Assembly: GCA_945872565.1 (NCBI GenBank)
Contig: CAMBZN010000005.1
Coordinates: forward strand, 6,200-70,199
Direction: 5' to 3'
DNA from: Chlamydia trachomatis
GTDB taxonomy: Bacteria; Chlamydiota; Chlamydiia; Chlamydiales; 2-12-FULL-49-11
Length of the DNA stretch: 64,000 nt
The notes below the pieces were generated by a model. That model ran no database searches and was not told the origin of the DNA. It worked only from the letters and a program-made list of their open reading frames with translations. The position numbers and the translations under genes are program-made. Of this stretch, positions 35,208 to 42,883 are shown in pieces (position 1 is the stretch's first letter; each line of letters begins with the position of its first letter).

Positions 35208-35981
35208 CTAATTTCGAATATACCCTTTGTAGGCTTTATTCCAATCAAGGGAGATCGCCTCTTTTTTTTGCCTGTCATAGCGAACATCTATTGTAACAAC
35301 TGGATGTTTTTTCCCTTGAAGTACCGAATGCTCCCCTTCTTTATTCACTGATATTCTAATCTCTTCATTAGTCCAAGCAAGGGGTCCATCGGATTTAAAG
35401 TTTTGATATTTTTCCTCATCTGCCTGGTATAACTCTTTGATTTTTTCGATGATCAACTCTGGTTGTTGTTCCATTCCTACGATTGTAAAATCGACCCTTG
35501 CCCCGATCATATACTTGGATATTTTTGATTCTCCACAGCTGATGTACATGTGATGTTTTGGACAACGGTGACCGGATGTGACAACAACTTTACTTTCAAA
35601 GGCTTTTTGTAATTTATTAAGCAGCGTAATCAAAACAGGATAGACAAACTCATCACCGTCTACATAGGGAAGACCATGTTCATGCATTCCATTACAGTCT
35701 TCATAAGTGCCTTCATGACTTTTTAATACAGGATTGTCCAAAGAGCCCCTGCATCGTAAAAAATCCATAGTAATCTTTGGAAAAGCAGTATCATTTTCCC
35801 ATGGATAAGGCTTTCTCTTAACCAATACACTTTCCTCTTCTTGGTAAGCAAATTCAGAGGAGTGTCTATAGATTTTTTCTGTACTATTATTATTTTTCAT
35901 TCTCTTTTTTTCAAGGCGAGTTTCTGCGCTAGAACATGCTGTGAGCGAAATAATAAGCAGTAGAAAGGAAGTTTTAATCAT
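35208..35981 (-). CDS. lipoprotein of unknown function (weak resemblance to M15A/DUF882 peptidase fold)
   Basis: Lipobox LLIISLTAC|SS. The segment VVVTSGHRCPKHH…IGARVDF loosely resembles the SG(Y/H)R…H..G.A.D pattern of M15A peptidases, but a Tyr sits where the His ligand is expected. Confidence 0.5.
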   Translation of the reverse strand: MIKTSFLLLIISLTACSSAETRLEKKRMKNNNSTEKIYRHSSEFAYQEEESVLVKRKPYPWENDTAFPKITMDFLRCRGSLDNPVLKSHEGTYEDCNGMHEHGLPYVDGDEFVYPVLITLLNKLQKAFESKVVVTSGHRCPKHHMYISCGESKISKYMIGARVDFTIVGMEQQPELIIEKIKELYQADEEKYQNFKSDGPLAWTNEEIRISVNKEGEHSVLQGKKHPVVTIDVRYDRQKKEAISLDWNKAYKGYIRN

Positions 35982-36069
35982 CTAACCATCATGACAAATG
36001 AAGGAATTCTAGACAAGTATATTTTTAATTATGAGTTTATTATTATATTTGATATATAAAAAATTACAC

Positions 36070-37365
36070 ATGAAACGAATTTTAGTTATAGATCCGACCA
36101 TTAGCTACCTAGAAGATCTTAAGTTGATCTGTGAAAGTAACCTATTGGAATTAAAATGCACCAAAAAAGGGCAAACGGGTATTGAGATGCTCCAAAGGCA
36201 GCACTTTGATGTGATTTTTATTGAGCTTACGCTTTCTGACATGGACGGCCGGGATGTGATTGCAAAAATTAATGAAATGAAGATAGACACTCAGGTCATA
36301 GTTGTTACTGAAGTGAAAAATGTTGTAAAGATGAGTGACTCTTTGCGCCTTGGGGTTAGAGATTTTATGATCAAGCCAATTACAAGCGAGAAACTTTCAC
36401 AAACTCTTGATAAGATTATACTGGAAAAAAGGGCGTTTAAGCGAAACGACAGACCGTTTATTTATGAAAGTGAGGTGATGAAAAAGTTGATCGCAGAGGT
36501 GCGACTGATCGCATCTTGCAGAGCCAATGTTTTCATTCATGGGGAATCAGGTTGCGGGAAAGAAGAGATTGCAAAGATGATTCATACCCTCTCTCCAAGA
36601 GAGCAAAATCCCTTTATACGAGTTAATTGTGCAGCCATTCCCGACACTTTGGTAGAGTCTGAATTTTTCGGCCATGAAAAAGGCGCTTTTACCGGGGCTT
36701 ACCAAACAAGAATTGGCCGTTTTGAACTTGCCGACACAGGAACGCTCCTTCTTGATGAGATTTCGGAAGTTCCCTACACCCTTCAGGCAAAGTTACTGCG
36801 CATCATTCAAGAGCAGGAATTTGAAAGAATTGGCTCAATTGAGGTCAAAAAAGTTGATGTCCGACTCATTTCGACCTCCAATCGTAATATGCTAGATGCA
36901 ATTAGTGATAGACATTTTCGTGAAGATCTCTATTACAGATTAAACGTAGTTCCTATTCATGTCCCCCCTTTGCGTGATCGAAAAGAGGATATTCTCCCCC
37001 TTACGGAGAGGTTTCTTGAAAAGGCTGCAATAGCCAACAATCGTTGCCCAAAGATTCTTTCTGTTGAAGCCCGTGATAAGCTTGTTTCCTACCATTTTCC
37101 TGGCAATGTACGGGAGTTAATGAATATTTGCGAAAGATCCTCTATTATGGTTTCTGGAGATATTATTACCCCAAACGACATTTATTTAGAAACCCCTTCA
37201 ATCAAACTTCCTGATTCAAGCAGCGCTAACAAGACTCTTGAACAAATTGAAGCAATTGCTATTTTAAGCACACTAAAAGCCTGTGCAGATAACAAAACAA
37301 AAGCGGCAGAAATTTTAAATATCACCGTCAAAACATTAAGAGCTAAACTTTCAAAACTTGCTTAA
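36070..37365 (+). CDS. sigma-54-dependent transcriptional activator (NtrC family) with atypical receiver domain
   Basis: Receiver domain, then AAA+ (Walker A GESGCGKEEIA; ESEFFGHEKGAFTGA with the GAFTGA loop; Walker B LLLDEI), then Fis-type HTH NKTKAAEILNITVKTLRAKL. ATG 36070 (MKRILVID) is preferred over the track start 36031. Confidence 0.9.
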   Translation: MKRILVIDPTISYLEDLKLICESNLLELKCTKKGQTGIEMLQRQHFDVIFIELTLSDMDGRDVIAKINEMKIDTQVIVVTEVKNVVKMSDSLRLGVRDFMIKPITSEKLSQTLDKIILEKRAFKRNDRPFIYESEVMKKLIAEVRLIASCRANVFIHGESGCGKEEIAKMIHTLSPREQNPFIRVNCAAIPDTLVESEFFGHEKGAFTGAYQTRIGRFELADTGTLLLDEISEVPYTLQAKLLRIIQEQEFERIGSIEVKKVDVRLISTSNRNMLDAISDRHFREDLYYRLNVVPIHVPPLRDRKEDILPLTERFLEKAAIANNRCPKILSVEARDKLVSYHFPGNVRELMNICERSSIMVSGDIITPNDIYLETPSIKLPDSSSANKTLEQIEAIAILSTLKACADNKTKAAEILNITVKTLRAKLSKLA

Positions 37366-37373
37366 GTTGAAGT

Positions 37374-38918
37374 TTAGATTAAAGAGGAAAGACTCATTGC
37401 TTCTTTTAATACTTTTGTAAAAATATCTTTAATAAGGGCATCTTGACTTTTTACTTTCTTTTCAAGGGTTGCCATCAATGCATAGACCATTCCTTGAAAA
37501 AATAATTTATAGCTTTGATTGTTCTCTATTTCGTAAATGAAAAGGGTGTAAACTATTTCACCCATCTGGAACGACCGAATCAAACCGCATAAATCGTCAA
37601 TAGAGGCTTTCATCGCTTGCATTTCTTTTTGGATTTGATAAGGAGTAATAGCAAACTTTGTTTTTAAACAAAGATTTTCTACTTCTGCAACCAAATCTTT
37701 GGTGAGGGGAAAGTTTTTAACATCAAAAGGCTTTGCCCGTACTTTTTTAAAAGTAAGACCATTTCCAGTAGCATCATAAAATGATTTTTCAGAAAAGAAA
37801 GTTGCAACCTGATCAATGACATCCCTTTCCATCATCCATTTCACCAACTGCATTTCATCCTTTTGTAAAGCATTTTCCCAGGAAGATAGGATATTTCCGC
37901 TATAGCGGGCCTCTTTTTTTAAGCTAAGGTCTACGCCGGCAAAATAGATTGGATCACAACCAAAATAGATTGCTGTCATTAGTGCAATTGTTGTTACAGA
38001 AAGGGCCTCTTCTGAAAGGTGTTTTAAAATCCCGTAATCTTTTATCCCTAATTTATCATCTAAAAAAACCTCAAACAACCCACCAGTTTCAGTACGAATA
38101 TACCCACTAAACCCTGTAAAGAAACGAAAAATATCTTTTTGCACCCTGTTTCCATAGATCAATGGGGCTGTAAAGCAGTGGCTATGACGAAGACGATCAT
38201 ACTCTTCATTGTTTGGATCGATTGCAAAAGCAATATGGGGGATAATTCCCATTTGATCAAGCGCTGTGATTGTAGACCCTCCGGCAAATATCAATGCCCT
38301 ATCCTCTATTTGGTGTAAATTTTGCCTTTGGGTAGAAAGGGAGGGACCTGCTCCACAAACTACTGCAGGGACCCCAATAAATGCATCCTTCCATAGTCCA
38401 ACATCAAATGCTTTAGAAATTTTCTGCACATTTGCAAATAAGTTACGGCAAAGCTTTGGGTAATGGATTAACTCTTTATGAACACTTGTCTCAAGGACAA
38501 TTTTTCGTAAAAAAGTCTTGCTCAAGTATTCGAAGCGGTCCTCTTCCAAGCCATTTTGTAAAAAAAGCACTTTTTCGTAAGGATATTTTGAAGCAATTTC
38601 TTCTGCCCATCTCTCATCTTCCATCCCTTCTTGCTTCCAAAGAACATCGATACGACTGTTATTAAATCCTTTATCTAATTTTTGTTCTATGAAAAAAAGG
38701 AGCTCCTCAACTGTTTCTAATAAAAAGACCACTTGAATCAAGGGGTTGTTTTTGAGCAACTTTTTAAGATCATTTGAAACAGGAAATATTCCAAAGATAA
38801 ATAACACCTCTGCATTTTTCGGATCAGGCAACACCTGGTGTTGCAAATAGGACCCTTCTTTTGATTGTAAAAACATGGAAACGGCGCTAAGGTGTGGATA
38901 TTTAGTAAATAGACTCAA
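37374..38918 (-). CDS. Maf-like / MptE-like (DUF115, MAF_flag10) protein
   Basis: VVCGAGPSLSTQRQNL…LIFAGGSTITALDQMGIIPHIAFAIDP and …IALMTAIYFGCDPIYFAGVDLS fit the G.GPSL…PD…D / …G…I.L.G.D pattern of motility-accessory-factor-type proteins. 4-nt overlap with the upstream paralogue. Confidence 0.6.
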   Translation of the reverse strand: MSLFTKYPHLSAVSMFLQSKEGSYLQHQVLPDPKNAEVLFIFGIFPVSNDLKKLLKNNPLIQVVFLLETVEELLFFIEQKLDKGFNNSRIDVLWKQEGMEDERWAEEIASKYPYEKVLFLQNGLEEDRFEYLSKTFLRKIVLETSVHKELIHYPKLCRNLFANVQKISKAFDVGLWKDAFIGVPAVVCGAGPSLSTQRQNLHQIEDRALIFAGGSTITALDQMGIIPHIAFAIDPNNEEYDRLRHSHCFTAPLIYGNRVQKDIFRFFTGFSGYIRTETGGLFEVFLDDKLGIKDYGILKHLSEEALSVTTIALMTAIYFGCDPIYFAGVDLSLKKEARYSGNILSSWENALQKDEMQLVKWMMERDVIDQVATFFSEKSFYDATGNGLTFKKVRAKPFDVKNFPLTKDLVAEVENLCLKTKFAITPYQIQKEMQAMKASIDDLCGLIRSFQMGEIVYTLFIYEIENNQSYKLFFQGMVYALMATLEKKVKSQDALIKDIFTKVLKEAMSLSSLI

Positions 38919-40909
38919 AAATCCTCCTTAAACACTAACTTTTTATCGACCATTTTTCCAAGCCGAGTGAACATCTTAATTTCATTATCGTAACCAACCT
39001 CTTCAAACTCATCCCCTTTCCACGTTCCCGAATAGACAATTGATCCATTTTCATCGAATTTTTTTCGATCAAAGCGGTCTCCTTCTTTGTACTCAATCTC
39101 TTCTACCTTTACCCCACAGTCTGAATAGACTTTATGAACACCGGTTTTAGCCCCTTCACTGTAAGAGATTTCATCGACAATTTTCCCTTGAATGTAACAT
39201 AAATGTTTACCATGGCTAAGCCCTTGCTTAAACTCCCCCTCTCGAACTAAAACGCCCCCGTCATACACTTGATATTTTCCATCACGAAGTCCCTCCTTCA
39301 TCGGCTGGCAAGCACGTAACCTTCCGCTTTCATCGTAATGGGTAAACACCCCACAGCTAAGTCCATTAAAATAATTTCCCTGTGCTCTAACTACTCCGTT
39401 TGCATCCACTCGCTTAAAAAATCCTTCCCTTTTTCCAAACAAATAAAATAGACTTCCAACCCTTCCAGTTTTTTCACAAAAAGGTTTAAGCAACTGGTAG
39501 GTAAAGGTAATCTGGGATAAAATATCTTTGCTATTTTCAATGACGTTTTTCCAAATCTCCCACATGGGCAGGCAAAAATGTTGGTAGAGCGGCTCTAGGG
39601 AGAGCTCTGCCAAAAGACAGGCCGCCGAAACGTTTGCCAAAGCTCCCTCTTGTTTGATCGTAGACATGAAATTTCCAAGAGACTCTAACATCTGGTGATC
39701 AAACATACGATCTATGGCATCTTTGACCTTTTCTTGGTCGACTTTTTTGGGCAAAGGGAGCTTAATTTCTGAAAGTTTACCCTTTACCTCTAAATGGTCT
39801 ACAAGGGTAGCCCCTTCAAAAGAAAATCCAAATGTGTAATGACAGATGGTCCTTCCAGGAAAGTACTCTAAGAGCAAAGAAAAAAAATCCATCCCGTAGT
39901 AAAGATCACCCCTTGTAGATTTCCCCTCCACCTTCAAAGAGCTCTCTTCTAAGCCTTTTGCAATGCCATCCATCCCTACAAGAGTAATCTTGCTACAACC
40001 AAGAGCCAAAGCTACGTGAGCTCCAAAATTACCCGCATGCCACCCCCCATCAAAGGAAAAATTTTCTCTCTCTAGTTCTTGCATTAAAACATCTTCGATC
40101 TGCCACCCATGGCAACTGCCCATAAAGATCTTTGGTCCTTGATGCAAATGTAATATTTCCTTAGAAGCTCTATTTTGATAAAAAATGGGTATGGATATCT
40201 GTTTTAAACACTTGTATAATTCTACAGGTGGTGAGGGGTCAATCACAACAAAAAAATCTGGGATGATTCCAGCCTCTAGCAGTACAGGCAATGAGGATCC
40301 CACAGAAAAAATGAGGGGTCGGTTTTTTTGCTGCTTGATCTCTTCGATCCCCTTTTTTAGCGACAGACCGTTTCCACAAATGATAGCCTCTTCATCGATA
40401 AGCAGCTTGCTTAAATCCCTTCCATCTATATAAGAATCAATATGCAACAGGTTTGCTAAAATATTTGGGATAATATGTAATCCAAGGTCTCTGTATTCAG
40501 AATAACTCATTTTCATCCCGTCTACTGCTGCTTGAATCTCCTGTAACTGCCCATAATACTGAATGTTTTTAAACGCAAACTTTCTGATAATTGGGTAGAG
40601 CTGCTCTTTACTACTTGTGGAGAGAAAAAGTTTTTGATGAGGCAAAAAGTCCTTCTGATGTAAAAATGCCGCTATTTTGGACAGATCATCTTCGATAAGT
40701 AGGACTTCAATGCCCTCTAAAAGGGTTAAAGAAACATCTACTCCTCTAACAATTAGAACCTCAGTAGAAGGGTATACCTTTATTTCTTTAGGAGAGTTTA
40801 AACATCCTATTTGATCAAGCCTTTCTCTTAAAAGGAGCGGATTGTGTTTTTCCAGCCAAAGTAAAGCTGTATCACTTAATTCCATCATATCCCTTAAGTA
40901 ACACTTCAT
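38915..40909 (-). CDS. Maf-like / MptE-like (DUF115) protein fused to C-terminal MORN (YwqK-type) repeats
   Basis: IICGNGLSLKKGIEEIK…LIFSVGSSLPVLLEAGIIPDFFVVIDP and …HVALALGCSKITLVGMDG. The C-terminal ~170 aa has repeated G.x.G.(F/Y/H)..Y blocks (NGLSCGVFTHYDESG, EGLRDGKYQVYDGG, QGLSHGKHLCY, EGAKTGVHKVYSDCG). The start could be M8/M9 (40888/40885). Confidence 0.6.
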   Translation of the reverse strand: MKCYLRDMMELSDTALLWLEKHNPLLLRERLDQIGCLNSPKEIKVYPSTEVLIVRGVDVSLTLLEGIEVLLIEDDLSKIAAFLHQKDFLPHQKLFLSTSSKEQLYPIIRKFAFKNIQYYGQLQEIQAAVDGMKMSYSEYRDLGLHIIPNILANLLHIDSYIDGRDLSKLLIDEEAIICGNGLSLKKGIEEIKQQKNRPLIFSVGSSLPVLLEAGIIPDFFVVIDPSPPVELYKCLKQISIPIFYQNRASKEILHLHQGPKIFMGSCHGWQIEDVLMQELERENFSFDGGWHAGNFGAHVALALGCSKITLVGMDGIAKGLEESSLKVEGKSTRGDLYYGMDFFSLLLEYFPGRTICHYTFGFSFEGATLVDHLEVKGKLSEIKLPLPKKVDQEKVKDAIDRMFDHQMLESLGNFMSTIKQEGALANVSAACLLAELSLEPLYQHFCLPMWEIWKNVIENSKDILSQITFTYQLLKPFCEKTGRVGSLFYLFGKREGFFKRVDANGVVRAQGNYFNGLSCGVFTHYDESGRLRACQPMKEGLRDGKYQVYDGGVLVREGEFKQGLSHGKHLCYIQGKIVDEISYSEGAKTGVHKVYSDCGVKVEEIEYKEGDRFDRKKFDENGSIVYSGTWKGDEFEEVGYDNEIKMFTRLGKMVDKKLVFKEDF

Positions 40910-41273
40910 AATCAGGAAGTCCAGAGACTTTATGATAAAGGCTCCCCTCTTTTATCAAAGTGATCACTTCTATGTGATTGGCTAAAGCAAGAAATGGGGC
41001 ATTGATTAAATGATTATATCCTATTACTTGATCAAAAGCCTTTTGATTTAAAGGTACTGCTTTACATTCAACAATAAGCAAAGGACAAATATTTTTTGTT
41101 CCAAATACCGCAATATCAAATCTTCTACTGGGAAGCTTTTTTCCCTTTAGATGGGGGAAAGCAGAAAGTGCTTTTTCCACTGCAATCATCTCTTTTGGAT
41201 AATGGAGGGTATCTTGCATAAACACAAGGAGACTTTGACGAATTTTTTCTTCAGGAAACGTTTTTTTGCTCAT
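40872..41273 (-). CDS. HsdR_N-type PD-(D/E)xK mini-protein (type I restriction enzyme R N-terminal domain family)
   Basis: …RRFDIAVFGTKNICPLLIVECKAVPLNQKAFDQVIGYNHLINAPFLALANH… matches the D…(E)CK nuclease-fold core and Q..Y motif of stand-alone HSDR_N_2 proteins. 133 aa. Confidence 0.6.
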   Translation of the reverse strand: MSKKTFPEEKIRQSLLVFMQDTLHYPKEMIAVEKALSAFPHLKGKKLPSRRFDIAVFGTKNICPLLIVECKAVPLNQKAFDQVIGYNHLINAPFLALANHIEVITLIKEGSLYHKVSGLPDYEVLLKGYDGIK

Positions 41274-41896
41274 TCTAGTTCAAGGACCGTTAACTCATGG
41301 TCCTTATCATAGCACATCACCTTTAATTTCTGATCTTTTTCTTCCCGATAGACTAAAAAATGATCCCCTGAAAGATCAAATCGCATAGACGCCTCATCTA
41401 CAGTAAGCATAGGAATCTTTCTTTTTCCCCTTTTCATTACTTTTAAAGGACGAAGTTCTTCCTCAATTTCATGATAATTTTCTTCTTCGATCATATCATT
41501 GATTTCGTAAAGCTCTTCCCATCTTCTATTTAGTACATGGGAATCAATTTCTACATCGGCAACTCTTTTTGCATGATGTTCCTGTATTTTGGTTTTCCAT
41601 TTTCTAAGTTTTCCTTTAAGTTTTGCGCAGCATTCATCAAAAGCTTGGTACAAATCAGGTTTTGTTGCATGGACCATCACATGAAAGTGGGAAAAATGGA
41701 AAACAATTTCAGCTTTATGATCTTCTTTTTGGATTTCCAAATAGACCTTAATATCAGTAGCTGGAGGGCACATTAGACAAATTTTTTCCAACCTAAGGAG
41801 GATATGCTCCCTCATTGAACCTGTCACAACTAGGTTTCTCCCTAATATGGAGATGCTTGCGTCATCTTCCTCATATTTTCTTGCTGTATTTCCCAT
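41270..41896 (-). CDS. hpf: ribosome hibernation promoting factor, long form
   Basis: N-terminal S30AE/sigma-54-modulation fold (ISILGRNLVVTGSMREHI…KAEIVFHFSHFHVMVHATKPDLYQAFDECCAKLKGKLRKWKTK). C-terminal dimerisation domain (IPMLTVDEASMRFDLSGDHFLVYREEKDQKLKVMCYDKDHELTVLE). Confidence 0.85.
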   Translation of the reverse strand: MGNTARKYEEDDASISILGRNLVVTGSMREHILLRLEKICLMCPPATDIKVYLEIQKEDHKAEIVFHFSHFHVMVHATKPDLYQAFDECCAKLKGKLRKWKTKIQEHHAKRVADVEIDSHVLNRRWEELYEINDMIEEENYHEIEEELRPLKVMKRGKRKIPMLTVDEASMRFDLSGDHFLVYREEKDQKLKVMCYDKDHELTVLELE

Positions 41897-41919
41897 AATT
41901 CCTCCTTTACCTACACTCT

Positions 41920-41948
41920 AGTTATGGAAAAGCAATGATTAATGTCAA
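41920..41948 (-). promoter_or_regulatory. sigma-70/66-type promoter of the hpf operon
   Basis: The minus strand reads TTGACA (41948-41943), 17-nt spacer, ATAACT (41925-41920). AAGGAGG RBS at 41902-41908 precedes ATG 41896. Confidence 0.45.
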
Positions 41949-42036
41949 ATTTTTAGCAAAACTTGTGGTTCAACCGGGATTCTTTTCTCTTTCAACTTTA
42001 TCAGAAAGTATACTATACTTACTAATCTTACACTAC

Positions 42037-42109
42037 GCACCGGTAGCTTAATGGATAGAGCACCTGGTTTCGGCCCAGGCGGTTGGGGGTTCGACTCCCT
42101 CCCGGTGCG
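42037..42109 (+). tRNA. tRNA-Arg(TCG)
   Basis: Acceptor GCACCGG/CCGGTGC. D-arm GCTT-AATGGATA-GAGC. Anticodon arm CCTGG-TTTCGGC-CCAGG (U33, UCG, G37). T-arm GGGGG-TTCGACT-CCCTC. No encoded CCA. Confidence 0.9.
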
Positions 42110-42127
42110 ATTTACTTAAAAAATCAT

Positions 42128-42718
42128 TTGAAACAAGAAACTTCATCAAACGCATTAATCTTAAAATCGACCCCGTTTAAAGACAACAAGGTGATTCTTC
42201 ACCTATTTTCAGACTCTTTTGGCCCTTTGTCTGCTGTATATACAATAAAAAAGACCCATTATCTCTCCTCTATGATGCTCATAGAGGCAAATTTTCGTCG
42301 CAGCCATGGCGAACTTTATACATTAAATGATGTGCATATTTTAGACGCATTTCCAAATATAAGAACAGATTTTGATCTACTTCAGCTTTCAGCAAAGCTC
42401 CTTAACACTTTATCTAAGACTCTTGTTAAAGAGCGGTCTGTCCCTGCACTATTTTTGCTTACTAAAAACACGTTAAAAGCCTTTTCTAAAGAGGCCAACA
42501 ATCAGTCTATTTACCTTTGCTATCTTCTAAAGCTTCTCTTATTTGAAGGGCTTTTACCACTAAATCCAGGTGACATGGAACAAGCCTTTAACGACCTTGA
42601 AAAAATGAGTTATTTAACCCTTGCCACCGCAAAAAATTTTGAAAGTATAGCAGATGTTTTCATCTCCAAGAGGCTTTATGAGTCGATTGAAAACTATATT
42701 TTACTTACATTTCACTAA
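42128..42718 (+). CDS. recO: DNA repair protein RecO
   Basis: OB-fold N-terminus ALILKSTPFKDNKVILHLFSDSFGPLSAV and helical …ILDAFPNIRTDFDLLQLSAKLL… resemble RecO. The track ORF start (42083) lies inside tRNA-Arg. The first start outside the tRNA is TTG 42128. Confidence 0.55.
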   Translation: MKQETSSNALILKSTPFKDNKVILHLFSDSFGPLSAVYTIKKTHYLSSMMLIEANFRRSHGELYTLNDVHILDAFPNIRTDFDLLQLSAKLLNTLSKTLVKERSVPALFLLTKNTLKAFSKEANNQSIYLCYLLKLLLFEGLLPLNPGDMEQAFNDLEKMSYLTLATAKNFESIADVFISKRLYESIENYILLTFH

Positions 42719-42736
42719 TTAAAAGAGGTCTAATAT

Positions 42737-42820
42737 TGCAGTAGGGGGGACTTGAACCCCCACGGGATTACTCCCACTAGCTCCTTAAGCTAGCGCGTAT
42801 ACCGATTCCGCCACTACTGC
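42737..42820 (-). tRNA. tRNA-Leu(AAG)
   Basis: The reverse complement reads GCAGTAG-TG-GCGGAATCGGTATACGCG-CTAGC-TTAAGGA-GCTAG-TGGGAGTAATCCCGTG-GGGGTTCAAGTCCCCC-CTACTGC-A. It is nearly colinear with the E. coli tRNA-Leu(CAG) sequence as I recall it, but has A at position 34. No encoded CCA. Confidence 0.85.
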
Positions 42821-42883
42821 AAAAAAGTAATGGGATTATTCTAACTGCGGGGTGAAAAAAAAACAAGCGAAAGGTTTTAAAAC

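Noticed and set aside
35171-35210. Hairpin TAGAGCTCTTT-N18-AAAGAGGTCTA as a terminator between convergent genes.
   Set aside because: It has one mismatch, an 18-nt loop and no T-run, so it is a poor intrinsic terminator. It is retained only as an occurrence of the recurring 11-mer motif.
42037-42820. Looked for an integrated element (integrase, direct repeats of a tRNA 3' end) next to the tRNA genes at 34449, 42037, 42737 and 56444.
   Set aside because: I found no integrase, recombinase or phage-like genes and no duplicated tRNA 3' segments. The flanking genes are ordinary (recO, HAD, LysM protein, DHH protein).
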